DNA of 55,747 nucleotides from Batkoa obscura (Eukaryota): NCBI GenBank assembly GCA_030770535.1, contig JASVEC010000108.1, positions 1 to 55,747 of the forward strand, read 5' to 3'. Shown piece by piece: positions 15,779 to 29,944 of this stretch (position 1 is its first letter; each line of letters starts with the position of its first letter). The notes under the pieces were generated by a model. It saw only the letters and a program-made list of their open reading frames with translations, ran no database searches and was not told where the DNA came from. The position numbers and the translations under genes were made by a program.

Positions 15779-17953
15779 AATAAAGCTGTTAAGAAAAACA
15801 TTTCAGGTTAAACCTCTATAAAATTAAAATTAAAACATAAATTCAAAATAAACAAATAAATAAAATATAAAATAATAATTATAAAAAATAATAAGGAATA
15901 CTTACAATCAGGTAATATTGAATGAGTTTAAAAGCCTAGTAAAATTAAATTACTAAGCTTAGTAATTGTTTTATTTAAAAGTTTACATGTTAAAATAATA
16001 GCATTAAACAGATTAGTATACGATTAAGATCAAACAAACTATTTTAAACATCTAATAAAAACTTTATGTAATAAGAAATAAATTCTTATTGCTATTCTTA
16101 ATAAATAACTAATAAAATATTAGATCATTCATAAATTTCAAAGAATAATATATCACATTGAATATCACATACTACTTCATTTAATCCTTATCAAGTGATC
16201 GAAGCTTAGTCAAAGTAGAACAAAGTCATAAAGTTTTAAAATTGGTGATAATTCTTGATAGTAAACGAATGAAAAATAAACTGTAAATATAAATATTATA
16301 AACTAATTGTTTACTTTTAGGCTTTATTCTTAGCTATTTATTTGTTATAAAACGTCAGTAAATTAGGTTGATTTCAGTATGAATTAATTAACGATGTAAT
16401 CGTCTTGGCATTTTTAAGAATTTAGTCCATTCAAACATTATCTCTAATAAATCTGCTCAAATTTTCCACTTCAGGATTTCTAAATTTTGTACATTGTTTT
16501 GAAAAGCGTAAGTTCTAACGGTTGATAATTGGAAACAAAAACAATGAAATACTAGAAGTTTTGCGTTTTATTAAATGTTTGCTTGCAAATGATTAATCTC
16601 GGTATTTTAAACTTTCTCAAAAGATGTATTGAGTTTTATTTCTGATCAAAATTTTCAGGTTTTAATAAAAAATTGATAGAATATATTTACCAGTTCCTTG
16701 ACTACGATCCAAGATGGCATAATTAAAAACAATATTATTCCCTCCCTTTATTAAGAAATTATCTACTATTTATGTTAATTTTCGAAAAGTCATAAAGTTT
16801 AATAAAATAAGTTTTATTTTTTTTACAAAATCTTACATCAACTTTACCCGGCTCTAAGTTAAAATAAGAACCTTATTATCTCAATATAATATAATAAAAA
16901 AGCTTTGATTATAGAAGAACTGATATTAATTCTTATTAAAGTAAAACATGGAAACTTTAACTTGATTTGCTTTTAGAACAATGAAGATACTTTTTTAATC
17001 ATTCAATAGAAGCGATCATCCGACTATTTTTCATTTCTACTTAAATAAATAGCATAATGTTTATATCATAGAATTTATAAGAAAGTAAATAAAATAATGC
17101 TTATATCATAAAAGTTGAATAAGAAATAAAACATTTGTTACTTTTATATATCAAAAAAGAATTAGTCTTCATCTTCTTATCATTTCGATCATAATCTAGT
17201 TAATTTTATTTTCCACTTGTTTTATCAAAGTAATAAAAAAGTAATAAAAAGTAACAAAAAAGTAATAACCTTAGTAACCACTAAAAAGTCATGATCTTAA
17301 AATTTAATTACTTTTTTAATCGTTTAATTAAACAGTTATAAATGTAGCTCGGATGTTTTAGCCCTGTTTTATTCTCTCAGCTTACGATTTATTTGGTATA
17401 GTTCCCGATACTTGAGAATAAAGTTTTGTTTAAATATGGTTTATTTGACCGTCCGATTAAGTTGGAACTTTTAGTTTAAAAATTATGGTGCATTAAAGTT
17501 TTAATCCAAATTCGCAGACTGTTTCTATGAATTTTTTCATAATTATAATTCATTCTGGTCACTTACAATATTGTTTCTGTATGAGCTGGGTAACTGTTAA
17601 TGCTTACTTTTGATTATGAGGCTTTTAAAAAATTCAAGTTGGGCTCAATCATAATATTTTTATTGAGTTTTAATTGAAAAAATTACTGCTATTTTTTATT
17701 ACTTAGGAGTTGGTCTATTGTATTTTAGAATTCTAGTCAACTTATAACTTAAATTGCATAAATCTAATTCAGATTCTGGATTTAATGCAGAAGAAAAAGT
17801 GGTTTTCAGTCAAATATTTCTAATGGAAACTGGAGTACATAGTAATTTATTTCTGCTTAGTAATGGCATTTAAACAATAAAGTTTTTTAATCTAAACTTT
17901 AATTTCATTATATATTAATAATTTATAGTCGATTTTATTTTTTAAGATTCATC

Positions 17954-18020
17954 TTTTTACTTTTACTTTTTACTTTTTATTTTTTACTTTTTTTTTACTT
18001 TTTTTTACTTTTTACTTTTC
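17954..18020. repeat. (TTTTAC)n-like simple repeat
   Basis: Visible in sequence. Confidence 0.7.
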
Positions 18021-18389
18021 TAGATTGAATAGAGAAATTTGAATAGAGAAATAACTTACTTTTGTTATAGCTATTTTTTGAGTAATTAAAAGAGTAAATT
18101 AGTTGAAATTAAAGTAATTCGATCAATAGAATTAATATAGCTACTTGCATTTGATCATTTAATTTACTATTTATTTATACTTATTAAAGAATACTCTTTA
18201 CATGTTCAAACTTAAATTAAATATAAGATAATATTACAGAATACTAAAGAATAAATATATTAAATTCAAATAACAAACATTTACAACTCATTATTATGAA
18301 ATCATTGACCAGTATAATATCGTTGATATCTTAAAAGCTAATTTAATCAAAATAGAATAAATATATACAAAAGTAATATATAAACATAT

Positions 18390-18488
18390 GGGGATGTTTT
18401 TTTTGGTTTCATTACCTTTTCTATCTTTTGAGCGCTATTTAAGCGAAAAGATTTCTAATAAAATTCTTAAATACAAAAATACACCCCC
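18390..18488 (-). mobile_element. ~98-bp MITE
   Basis: GGGGATGT...ACACCCCC; TSD ATAT/ATAT. Confidence 0.9.
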
Positions 18489-19682
18489 ATATCACAAAAT
18501 TCAAAGCTCGCTATAACTATGAATGGCAACCAACTTAAACAAGAATTGTTTATTAAGTTTCTATAGAAACACAATAAAAAGTTCTTCAGCTATTTATTCT
18601 ATTATTCGATCATTCAATTATAATAGTTTTCAACTGTTAGTTTTGGGGATGGAGATAATTTTACTTATTCATAAATGACTAACAATAAATAATTAAAAGA
18701 TTTGTAACTTGACCAATAAGAAGAATTTAATTACAAGTATAATCTCATGTAACTACTACTACACCCATATTGATTTTAAATTCATGTCTTTAATTCAGCC
18801 AAGTAGCCTTATTTGAACTAATTAAATTCGTTTATCAAAAGCTCCGTTATGTTATAAAATTTCAAATTTACACTTGTATAGTATCCGAAAACAGACTGAT
18901 CTGTTCAAACCATTTAATAAATATTTGTAAATTTATAAAACAAGCTGTGATCACATGTAATTAAATTTAAGGGCCATCAACTTGAATAAATTATCACTAG
19001 ATTTTTGACTTCTTGTTTTGGCTATGAGCCGAAGTACTTCCTATTCCAAGTTGACTTGTTAAATTGCTAATAAGTGCCACATTAAACTAATCAAATAAGT
19101 TGAAGAGAAAAAAAGATATTGTAATATTGATTGGTTTTTATTTACAATGAGCCAACCATAATCGTTAAAATAATCTTTATTTCAATTAAACTTGGATTTA
19201 CAATCGTAATACTTTGGAGAAGAAAGTGAAATCATGGAGTTCATAAAATGGATGGTAACTTGAGAGCGATGGGGAAACTATTAGCACTACCATATTAGTA
19301 TAAATAAAAATTTCATCGATTGCCATATAAAAAAGAGAATAAACTAAATTAAGTATACATTATTATTTTGATAAAGAATTTTTAAAGTGAAGTTTAGAAA
19401 TTGATTAATTGAAAAGTATATAAGCAGATCAAATCACCATTTAAATTTTGTTAGTTTAATCAATATTTCATTATTAAACTTCTATGATTATTTAATTTCT
19501 CAACTATTATTCTTCATAGTTTTTTATTTGTACTTTTAGTCAATCTTGTTTATTAAAGCTATCTGCTTTATCCATTTTATTTCTAGTTAATGACAACAGG
19601 CTTATATCTATAAAATAAATAGTCTTATTATTCTTATTATATCCTCTATCACTTAATCAAATTACCAATAATCAATAGCAAT

Positions 19683-21110
19683 ATGCAAACTGATCACACC
19701 ACTTTAACAACTCCTAATCAACATTATAAAAATCCAATGTGGAACCAAACAAAACAAAATAACAGTCCTATATCATCTGATGATAATACTCGTTTATTAC
19801 ATTCCAGTAGTGTCTTACCAAAACTATCTGCTGTGCAGTGGGAGGATGAAGATACTTATTGTTACCAAGTAGAAGCAAATAATATGACTGTGGCAAGGAG
19901 GAAAGATAATGCCATGATTAATGGTACCAAGCTTTTAAACGTTGTAGGGATGACTCGCGGTAAACGAGATGGTATTTTAAAGGCAGAAAAGGGAAGACAT
20001 GTAATCAAATCTGGTAGTATGGTTTTAAAAGGGGTATGGATTCCACTTGAAAGAGCTCAAGAAATGGCCAAAGTTTTTAAAATTGATGAGCTTCTTTATC
20101 CACTATTTGAAACTGATATTGAAAAGTTTTACTATGATCCTATGTTATCCTTCCAAGCCCACTCAATTGACATTGAAATATCATCTCAAGGTTTAAATAA
20201 AATGCTTGAGTATCAACGAGAAACTTTTGAGCGTATAGTTGACTCTAAAGATCAATTAGTTTATGAACGTATAGTCGACCCCAAAGATCCACTAAACGAC
20301 TATAAGACAACGAGTCATATAAAACAAGGTGAATATGAATTAAATCAGGCTGTGCCTGAACGTAATTCACCAAGGAGCATGAGTTATGATCTTAAAACAC
20401 AAAACTTAACACTTATGTCACAGTCTTATACGACAATTCCAATGACTCAATCCTATACACCAGTTTCCATGTCTCAACAATCATATACATCAAGTCCAAT
20501 GTCTCAACAACCATATGTACCAAATTCTTTGCCTTGGGAACCATATAAATCGACTTCTATGCCTCAACCTTCTGTAACACAAGGTTATAGAGAAAATACA
20601 GGTCCCGCTCGTCGTCGTAGGAGAGCTCCAACAAATTTACCACCAATATCGAAACCAGTTGAATTTCATCAAAGCCCTACAGCTCCTTTACAATCTCCAG
20701 CTAGTTATAGTGAAGCTCTCGAGTATGAATATGGAATGTATCCTTCCCAAGCTATTTCTATGGGAGTACCATTTCCAACAGTTCCTTATGCTGGTAGTAT
20801 ATGTGACACAAGTTTAAATAATCCAATTACTCAATCCTTTTATGGCGAACAAATACCAGTTTACTCTTCAACTGTTGAACAACAGTATCAAGTTAGCCCA
20901 GGCTATTCTCATCCAAGTGAATATCCAAAAAATCATTACCGCCAATTTAATCAATTTCCAAACAGTTGTGAAATACCCTATAGCTATCAAAATTATACCA
21001 ATGGAGCAGGCGGAGGGGATTATTGCGAATACCCAATGACTCGAAGCACCCCAGTATCTTCTAACGCTCAAGTTGGCTATCCTGAACTTAAGTTTAAACA
21101 TTATGGTTAA
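19683..21110 (+). CDS. stuA: APSES transcription factor of the StuA/Sok2/Efg1 group
   Basis: [59 protein letters not shown] followed by an S/P/Q/Y-rich tail. Confidence 0.92.
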   Translation: MQTDHTTLTTPNQHYKNPMWNQTKQNNSPISSDDNTRLLHSSSVLPKLSAVQWEDEDTYCYQVEANNMTVARRKDNAMINGTKLLNVVGMTRGKRDGILKAEKGRHVIKSGSMVLKGVWIPLERAQEMAKVFKIDELLYPLFETDIEKFYYDPMLSFQAHSIDIEISSQGLNKMLEYQRETFERIVDSKDQLVYERIVDPKDPLNDYKTTSHIKQGEYELNQAVPERNSPRSMSYDLKTQNLTLMSQSYTTIPMTQSYTPVSMSQQSYTSSPMSQQPYVPNSLPWEPYKSTSMPQPSVTQGYRENTGPARRRRRAPTNLPPISKPVEFHQSPTAPLQSPASYSEALEYEYGMYPSQAISMGVPFPTVPYAGSICDTSLNNPITQSFYGEQIPVYSSTVEQQYQVSPGYSHPSEYPKNHYRQFNQFPNSCEIPYSYQNYTNGAGGGDYCEYPMTRSTPVSSNAQVGYPELKFKHYG

Positions 21111-22532
21111 TCTATTTAATAATTTCAATATTTTTTAAAAATATTTTTTGAGTTTTGAATAATTGAAAAGTAAAAGTCATTTAATTAATATTTGATAGCT
21201 TTTTTTTGAACAATGATTTTACATAATTAAAACAATCGTATCTAGTTTAGTTTATGCCTTATTTTTTAGATTAATATATAAATATACATGATATTTAGTA
21301 TAAGCTTTATGAGTTAATAACTTAGAAGATACACTTTAAAATTGTTAAATAGATTAAAGATCAAAGAATTGGCATAATGTGTTATTTTTACATTAACCAG
21401 GCATTTTATGAAGGAACAGAATAAAAATTCAACCTGGAAACTTTAGAATAAATGCCCAGTTTAAGTCATTTTCAAATTTAATTGAAAATTATTATTTTCT
21501 AATCTTTATGATTTATTTGGGCAGTATTAGCACTTATTTGTCAAATATACGAAGCTAGTTAGAGTTGATTTGAGATGATAATAGAATTAAGAATAATCTC
21601 TTTTATGATTTTTCTGTTCCTATTTTAGGGATAATTCCGCTTATAATCCTTATTATTTTTATAAAAATTTAATATTTGATTCATATTTGATTCATTTTAT
21701 TTTTCACTTATGTTCTGAAATAAGTTACTCCTTCCTTTTAATTTATTTAAAATAGATTATGTTATCTTTTTCATTTTCAAAATGATTGTACAACTTCTAA
21801 GCTATAATAATACTAATATAATATTTATAATCTTACACAATATATACTGTTTCCAAATTAAGAGAAATTCGAAAATTCATCAGTATTAGGAAATAATATA
21901 AAGCACAGCAAAATTGAAGAAAAATACAAGGGGTTGTAACACATTTATTGAATGATATAATTAACTAAATCACAAATATGAAATGGCAAATGTACTTATA
22001 ATGTTCTATAATTAAAAAGTGGCTTTAAGAATCGTTAAGTTTTATAAATAATTTTCTAATAAAGATCAATGCAATATTAGAAACTTTTGATAGTACTACT
22101 TTAAAATGTAGTCACTTATTTTAGTACACAAAAAGTCAAATAGCATTACTGTAAATAGTACTAGTAAAATGATAATTTTGAGAAGTTATTAGTACAACTT
22201 TTGAAGATAAACTGTTATTCATAATAATTAAAAACAAGTGTTATTTTGTAATAAAATGGCGATTCCCTTATAAAGATTATATTATAAAAAGATGATTGTG
22301 AGGGAACTAAGAATGTTGATAGAAAATAAATAGCAAAATGTAACTTCAATTGCATATTACAGTGCTCAATAAAGGGAAAGCAGGAAATCTAAGCATAAAT
22401 TTTAGCGAGATTTTGTTCCTAAATAATTTTGGGGCAGTTATTCAATATAATAAATCGATTGTTATAATAATTAAAATAAATATTATTCTATCAATTAAAT
22501 AATTATTGAGAGTACAAATGAGTATCTAAATA

Positions 22533-24721
22533 TCAATGTTTATTATAATCAAATTTAATTTTAATAAGATACCTATTATATGATAATTAATTTAAGTAGA
22601 TAAAACTAAATAAAACTTACTTCATTTTAATTTGGCTAGTATTATAGACGATATACTCATTATGGGATATAAGGTTTTCATCGTTTGAGAGGATAGGTTT
22701 GCCTTTTGGCACTATTGTATTGTTTTCAAGTATATAATCTTCCTTTGGATCTGGATGTAGTCGTCCTAATCCTTTTGTACAATGCTTATTGTTTCTTTTG
22801 GCATTTTCTGCAGCATTACAATTCGGACTTTTTAATTTTAATTCATCTCCTAGTGCGACTTCACATAGCAGCATTAATGCTTCATTATTTGATAAAAAAG
22901 AGCAACAATAGCCAGCACTCTACATGAATTTAAGAAATATTCTAAAAATTAGTTAAAGGGATTTACCTTTGATACAATATCTGCAAAATATACTCCTTTA
23001 CCAAACGCATATCCTGAAGCTGGAGCTTCAGGGGGAGCAATTCTAAGTCCTTGAGATAAAATTCCAACAAAATTACTCATCCTAGACCCATGCCATAATA
23101 ATTTCCTATTGTGTAAAGACTCGAATTCTTTAAAGTTTTCATTTTCTCCACTACGAACTAATTCAAAAGCATCTTCAACCTAAAAATATTAATAACCTAC
23201 TTAATAATTGAAAACAATTTACATTCAGATCATAATAGCCATAGTAGCTATTATGATGAGTGTTTTTGACATACTCTTTAATAAGCTCAAATTCCTTTCC
23301 TTTCTTATCAAGTGGTTTAATGTTATTGTTTAATGCATTATATTTTGAATCAATTGGGTTAACATTTGAATCGATTTCATCAACCTTTTTTATTAAACTA
23401 TTAGCTATTTGAATTTCAGCTAACGATTCTACTAACTCAAGCTTGTTTTTTAATAGTTCTTTTGTTGCAATAATAGGTGGTCTCCTCATACCATAGGCAT
23501 GGGGTATAATTGTATAAAATAAAGAACTTAGTTCTTCAAGTTTACTATGCCTAGGAAAATAAAGTTATTGATAGATTTTTTTTGATTTCAAATTATTTAC
23601 CTATTCAATGAACTTGCTAATTCTTCAGCAATATCTTTCAGAACTTGCATACTTTTCTTTATATGATCTTTAGTTAACTTTCCAAGAGGCATTTTTTTAG
23701 TATCATAAGAAAATTGAGACATTGAGTCATTCATCATTTTAACGTCAAATATGTTTTTGACTAAACTATATACCCTTGGATCTAATTTTGATTCAGCAAT
23801 TGGTTTACTGACTAGATTACCATTTTTTGATTTCACAACCCCACTCGCGTCTTTATCGCTCTCATCATCGTCTTCATAATCTCTTTCCATTATAAAATAC
23901 TTTCCAGTTACATGAGAATAGGGAAGAGATTGCCATTCGTTGCCGCTTTTTGCAAAGAATTTAGAGGTAAATTTGCCAAGTGCTTTATCAAAATTTTGAT
24001 TGAATTTATCTAAAGAAGATTGTCCATTTACACCAACTCTGCCCCATCTAGTCCAAACATAATAGTTGTTTTTGGTATCAACAAGGAGTTGTAGAATAAA
24101 GAATTTGTTATTGTTGTGCCCAAGGTTGGTTTGGTTCAGCATGACATCAAATAGTATATTATCATCTAAATATACTGAAACTTGGGATTGAATAGAACAA
24201 AGTTCATCTACAGCCTTGAATAAAGTTAGAAATTTTAAACCCGCCTATATATATATTACCTTTTTTGCAGTATTTTGATCGAGTATAGTAACCTTATTGA
24301 TCTTTGATACCTTGTCGTCATCTTCAGCATCGCTTAATGCTCTTTTGATTGAATTTACTGTGTCATCAGATAATATTAAATACTCATCATTTGCAATAAT
24401 TTTATCCTCGTCAATACACTTCTCAATAAAATCCAAACCAACAATAGAAGTATCTTTCCACCCCATTGCTTGCTTTAGCTTCTTGGGTGGGTCTTTCTTA
24501 TCTTCCTCAGTTGCAACAATATAATTTAACTATAAAAATATTAATACTTCAACATATCGAACTATTACTATATGTACCTTTTTCAAGTAACGGGCCAAAA
24601 CATTACCACCTAAGTTTTGTATCTTCTCTGTCATCTGTGATTTATCGCCTTCAAGAGCATTTTGAGTGAAGAGAAAGTTTTTCCCTTCAAATAAAAGGTC
24701 GTTTGAGTTTGTTTTATTCAT
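22533..24721 (-). CDS. Poly(ADP-ribose) polymerase, BRCT-WGR-regulatory-catalytic (fungal PrpA type), 7 exons
   Basis: BRCT-like N-terminus, [52 protein letters not shown] and NEYIVY. H-Y-E triad intact. Confidence 0.95.
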
Positions 24722-25210
24722 GCTTTAGCTTCAAATGTTTTTATAAATATTTTTGATTTTTGAACTGGTGTTTTCTTTCCTTTTTATAATGCTTCCAAAC
24801 GCGCTATTAAATTTATTTTTAATATTATTTATCATATTATATAGTTGAAATTTTAACTTATTAAAAGCAATGTTACTCAGAATAACTGCTGCGTAAAACT
24901 CCATTTTTTCTATTTAATAGCTTTGGAAAGGTTATTGGACAATTTAACTAAAATTACTAATGTTGATAGGCATTGAAATTAGACTAAACACTAGTTTATT
25001 GGTTTAAATTTTGAAGAAACTTAAGTTCATTAAGCGCAGTATTAACTCGGATATGTTGGAATTCATTTGCTACTATAGCTGCGCTCAAATTTTCTATAAT
25101 GACTTAAACAAATAATTTAAATAGATATTGTTAAAATATAAACATTGAGTACATTAATTATCATTTAAACACAAAAAATCTCTTTATAAGGTTCTGGTTA
25201 TAAAGTATAT

Positions 25211-25309
25211 GCGGATATATCTTTATGTTTAAGAACTTTACTAACAAATTTTCCGCTCAAATAGCGCTTAAAAGATAGAAAAAGTAATGAAGCCAAAGAA
25301 AACACCCTC
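25211..25309 (+). mobile_element. ~98-bp MITE
   Basis: GCGGATAT...ACACCCTC; TSD ATAT/ATAT. Confidence 0.85.
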
Positions 25310-25590
25310 ATATGTTAGTTAGCTAATAATCAATTAACTAAATCAACTGTTAATATTTGACATTTTCACATTCTATAAAAGTAAGGTTAAAATGTTTAAA
25401 TACCTAGTTAACGTGGAAATTTTAGAAAATATAAAAATTTTAAATGTAATTTATAACCACTGTTTGGTAGCTTTAAACTAATAAAAAGTCGGCCCTTTTC
25501 CAAAGCCTTACCCTTGAATTATGACTAATATCGTGTGAGCTTTTTAACTATAGATATAAAATCACCATTCTAATATTAGTTTTAGTATAT

Positions 25591-25689
25591 GAGGATGGGT
25601 TTTTTTGCTTAATAATTTTACTAACAACCTTTCAACTTAAGTAGGGTTTAAAAGATAGAAAAAGTGATGAAGACAAAGAAAACATCCTC
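25591..25689 (+). mobile_element. ~98-bp MITE
   Basis: GAGGATG...CATCCTC; TSD ATAT/ATAT. Confidence 0.85.
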
Positions 25690-26295
25690 ATATCATCAAA
25701 GATTTTAAGAGATACTATGGATAAACTTATTGCTATTGCCTTTTCAATCATATTATTGTCTGAATTTATAAAACAGCTAATATATATAGCAAAGTTTTCT
25801 GAACTCTGATAACAGTTGGAAGCGTAGTATTTACTTGATCGTATCAAATATTAATTCTATCATGGTTCAGGAACAATAGTAAGGTTTAACTCAAGAAAGA
25901 AATTTTCCTACAGTTATTATTGAATATTTGATAAATTCATTTTGTATTAAAATATACAACCAATCGATAATTGAAAATAGGAAACCTCTAAACTATTAAA
26001 ATAAAAGTAAATCTATTTATATAAATATCCTTTTATACTATAGAAAATAAGTAGGTAAAATCTTGAAGAAGTTTAGAAAGATTTGATTATGCTTTTTATA
26101 GAAAGATTTTCTCAATTAACTAAACATATTGACAAAACACTGAAACGAAAAAATATTCTAAAATTATTGCGCCAACTAGTGCAGAAGTTGAAGCAAAATG
26201 CAAGTAGATAGAAATTTGCATAAAGAATTCAACCCATAATAAAAGATCTGGGATTATAATTTTCATTAGCACAAAACAACAGTAAATATTTTATA

Positions 26296-26724
26296 ATGGG
26301 AATTAGAGGATTAATTTGGAATATATTGCCAAGAGGAATAGTAGCTAGACAAAATGGTCCAACGATAGCAGCTACATCAAACTATTTAGGGAGAGAAGTT
26401 AGTGTCAGTAGCGCTTGGATTCCAGTAGCAGAAAGAGTTGGACAATGGCTTGATGATCTTAAAGAAAGCATTTTAAAAGCAGTACCAAAAAAGAAGACAT
26501 CCTATGCTAAAAAAAGAATGAGAGCGGCTGGTAAAGGACTCAAAAATTTGAAAAATATTACTAGTTGTTATTCTTGCGGTCAACCTAAATTGATGCATCA
26601 GCTTTGCCCAAATTGTTATAAAGATTTCCGCGGAAGGCTCCGTGGATCAAAGTAAATTTTTTACAATTCAAGATTTTTAAACTAATCCTTTACATATAGT
26701 AACCAAACTAATGTAGAAGCTTAA
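26296..26724 (+). CDS. MRPL32: Mitochondrial ribosomal protein bL32m
   Basis: AVPKKKTSYAKKRMR and C..CG.PKL.H.LC..C after a long presequence. Probable short last exon 26700-26724 after a GTAAAT..TAG intron; unspliced stop at 26655. Confidence 0.9.
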
Positions 26725-27213
26725 AGCCGTAATATTAACGCATTAAAGTTGAATAGAAATTAAAATGATATTTTTTGTTTGAATGCCATTTTAAAAAGTA
26801 ATTTTTTATTTAATTTTTATAGGATATTATTTGCTTGATGTTATGAGCTTTCTAAATTTACAGATATTGATCTTTTGATATAAAACATTCAATTACATAA
26901 TATCGACATGATTTATTTTTCTATTAAAAATTAAACTATATATTACAGGATTAACAAATGTATAACATTCTCTTGCTTAATAATCGACAGTTGAATATAC
27001 AAATACTCTTTTTGTTTCAATATTTTGACCACTTATTATGCAATATAAAGCAATAATTACTAGTTAAATATTGGGACAAAAAGGCATTCATATATATATT
27101 ATTATATGATATGATTTTATATTAGTTCAAGCTATTTTTATGTAATGAAAAAGTTTTGATACGTTTATGATTTATTATTTTATAGATTACTCTATATCTA
27201 GATAATTTTCTAA

Positions 27214-28464
27214 CTAATGCAGCCAATTGTTTGTATGTCCATCTTCCATGGGAGGTTCTAATAATCCACGAAAGATTATGTGGTCAACCACAAGAATATC
27301 AACATCATGATCAAGCTTTAACTTAAGCTCCCAACGAGCGCCATACCCTTGGATGTTACGAATTTCAAAAGCAGGTTTACCTCCCTATATTACAGTTATT
27401 AAATTAGATTAGCTATTTTAGAAATTTTAATTATTTACTTACAGGTAATAAATGAAGGTTCATCCAGGCTGTGTCTTTAATCAATTTGATTAATGTGGCA
27501 TTTGCTTGGTTGTTTTTTTGTCTTTCAGCTAAATATGTAAGTAGTATTTAGATGAAAATAAAATTTATTACTTCCATAACATTGGGGCCAAAAATAGGTG
27601 GTTCTATCGCGATGCCAATGCTTGGTAAGGGCTCTAGCCCCAGTGGTTAATTGTGTTGGTCTAGCTCCTTTTTTATGACAACTTTTATCTTTGGTTTTAT
27701 GATAGGCACTAAAAGCATGGATGCACTGAGCCATACTTGGCAACAAAACAAGGTGCTTATCGGAATCTATATTACGAAACAAACTACCCTCAGTTTCAAA
27801 TAACCCCAACATTAATCCTATGTCCGCAGGAGTTATAAACTATTTAATGTATTATTTGGTTCTAGTTAGAAAAAAACGTATTTACCTCTAAAATGAACTC
27901 TTTTAAAGTGTTCAAGCTTAAATCGTCTTTGTCACTATATTTCTGAAATGCGCTCTCATTTTCAAAAGTAGAGTACCAGTTCTTTTTAAATTCACCAATT
28001 TTATTCTCAATTAGTTCTAATCTCTTTAAACAGTTTTTATCAAGGCTTAACAAGTTTAACTTTATTCCATTTTTGTGCCACGTAAATGACGGCCGTTCCA
28101 TTTTTATCATTAACCACAAGTTTCTGGAGAACTTTTTATAGAAGGGTCTTGGTATCAAATTTAGTTTTAGCCCTCTTTCATTGTTTTCTTCTTTTTCAAT
28201 GTCTAAATTTAAATCATATAATAACATTTCTATTTCTTTTAAAGACTCTTCATTTATTTCGTCTAGATCTAGAACCTATCATAAAAATGAGGAATTATTA
28301 TTATTATTATTATTTTCTCAGTTGTTTCTTACATCTCCATCCGTTTTTAACATTTCGCTGCACCAAATAGAAGATAATGTGTTTGCTGATTTAGGATTCT
28401 TAATTCCCCAAGTTAAAATAGTACAGATTGTATCAGCGAAAAAATCGTCTATTTGATTGACCAT
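27214..28464 (-). CDS. Uncharacterised protein with C-terminal LTxGARALxKH...GYGARW...F.G.LEP domain (5 exons)
   Basis: Spliced ORF MVNQIDDFF..WLH* with LTTGARALTKHWHR, WMNLHLL, FEIRNIQGYGARW and FRGLLEPPMEDGH. Recalled as similar to the C-terminal domain of plant ASCH-domain proteins. Confidence 0.75.
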
Positions 28465-29060
28465 ATCGTAATTCATTATTGATATTCAAAGTATTTGAAA
28501 TGTATGTATAATAAGTTAAATAAATATAAATAAATATTAAATAAAGTATAAAAAGTAAAAATCAAATATGGAGTTCACTTTAAACTTGTAACAGCTTTTA
28601 TGATATTATTTGTCGGCTTTTAATTGGAACTATGTCAGTGAATTAAGCGAAGTTTTTCAACAATTTTCGAATATTTGTTTTATAATGGATCTTACCTCGT
28701 TCAATAAAAAACAGTTTTATATTTAATTTTTATATGTCGTTAAATAATAGAGTGGTCTAATAACAGTCTCCACATTTTTAATTTCCGATATTGGTTATTC
28801 TGAATAAACCTGTTTTATCATTGTTCAAAATTGAGATACTATTTGAAATTTCAAATCTAATTACGTGGACTATTTTTGTCAATTATTCATTATACTGTAT
28901 TCATAATTTGCTTTAAGATACTCTTGTAAATTATTAGCTATTTACTTACATTGATATATCTAGAGTATCAAAAATCCGAATATTTCCTAATAAAACTCTT
29001 AAAAATGATATGAATTTAAGTATACTCTGGTTTTTATTAAAAATAGTTTTTTTTATATAT

Positions 29061-29158
29061 GGGGATGTATTTTTGTATTTAAGAGTTTTGCTAGTAATTT
29101 TTCCACTTAAATAGCGCTTAAAAGATGGAAAAAGTAATGAAGCCAAAAAAACAATCCC
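29061..29158 (+). mobile_element. ~98-bp MITE
   Basis: GGGGATGT...ACAATCCC; TSD ATAT/ATAT. Confidence 0.9.
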
Positions 29159-29220
29159 ATATGTTATACGGATTAATATACATTATCAGAGTTAACCTCA
29201 GTGATCTCATCTAAACATAT

Positions 29221-29318
29221 GGGGATGTGTTTTTGTGTTTAAGGATTTTATTAACAATTTTTCCGCTCAAATAGCGCTTAAAAATGGAAAAAGTAATGAA
29301 ACCAAAAAATACATCCCC
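29221..29318 (+). mobile_element. ~98-bp MITE
   Basis: GGGGATGT...ACATCCCC; TSD ATAT/ATAT; close to consensus. Confidence 0.9.
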
Positions 29319-29465
29319 ATATGTACATAACCATTTTAATTTAAATATTTTCCAAACAAAAGTTTACTATAGCATTTAGAGTGTTCAAATTTTTCAAAGA
29401 CGATTAACATTTTCAATAAAAAAAATTATACATGTTAAAGGTACAAGGTCATTAATTTAGGATAT

Positions 29466-29563
29466 GCGGATAAATTTTTTTGTTTAAAAATTTTATTAAC
29501 AATCTTTTCACTCAAATAGCGTTTAAAAAATGGAAAAGCAATAAAACTATAAAAAATATCACT
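29466..29563 (+). mobile_element. ~98-bp MITE (degenerate)
   Basis: Core CTCAAATAGCGTTTAAAAAATGGAAAAG retained; ends eroded. Confidence 0.75.
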
Positions 29564-29944
29564 ATATTTTTAAATTATTTAAAACAAATTTAATAAACTT
29601 AAAATAGTATAGGTGAAAAATGGTTCTAGATCAGCTTGTAAACAAGTAAATTTTGTCACTGATTTATATAATCTCAATACTAAAATAGAGTTATACATTA
29701 TATATAACAACTTGATCAATATAAGCAGTCATTCGTTTGAGACATATTCTAAAAAATCTTTATCTTATACTATATAATAAGCTAACAATATAAATATTAA
29801 ACTAAAATATTTATTTGATTCTAACAATAAATCTTTAACAGACCATTAAAATTTAAAAAGGGTTTAAAACTAAAATACTATTAATAAAGCTTTTTCTTAT
29901 TCACAATTTATAAAAAATCAGAATAAAATTAAGAATTGACTATA

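Larger units (their letters stand above)
14958..16623. repeat. 46-bp inverted repeat pair (14958-15003 / 16578-16623)
   Basis: CTTTTGAAAAAGTTTAAAATACTAAGATTAATCATTTGCAAACAAA matches the reverse complement of the second site with 4 mismatches. Confidence 0.75.

Noticed and set aside
12687..28464. PARP + Nudix hydrolase + RNase-like gene as an ADP-ribose or defence cluster
   Set aside because: The Nudix has CoA-pyrophosphatase-type motifs, the PARP is the ordinary DNA-repair type, and unrelated genes intervene.
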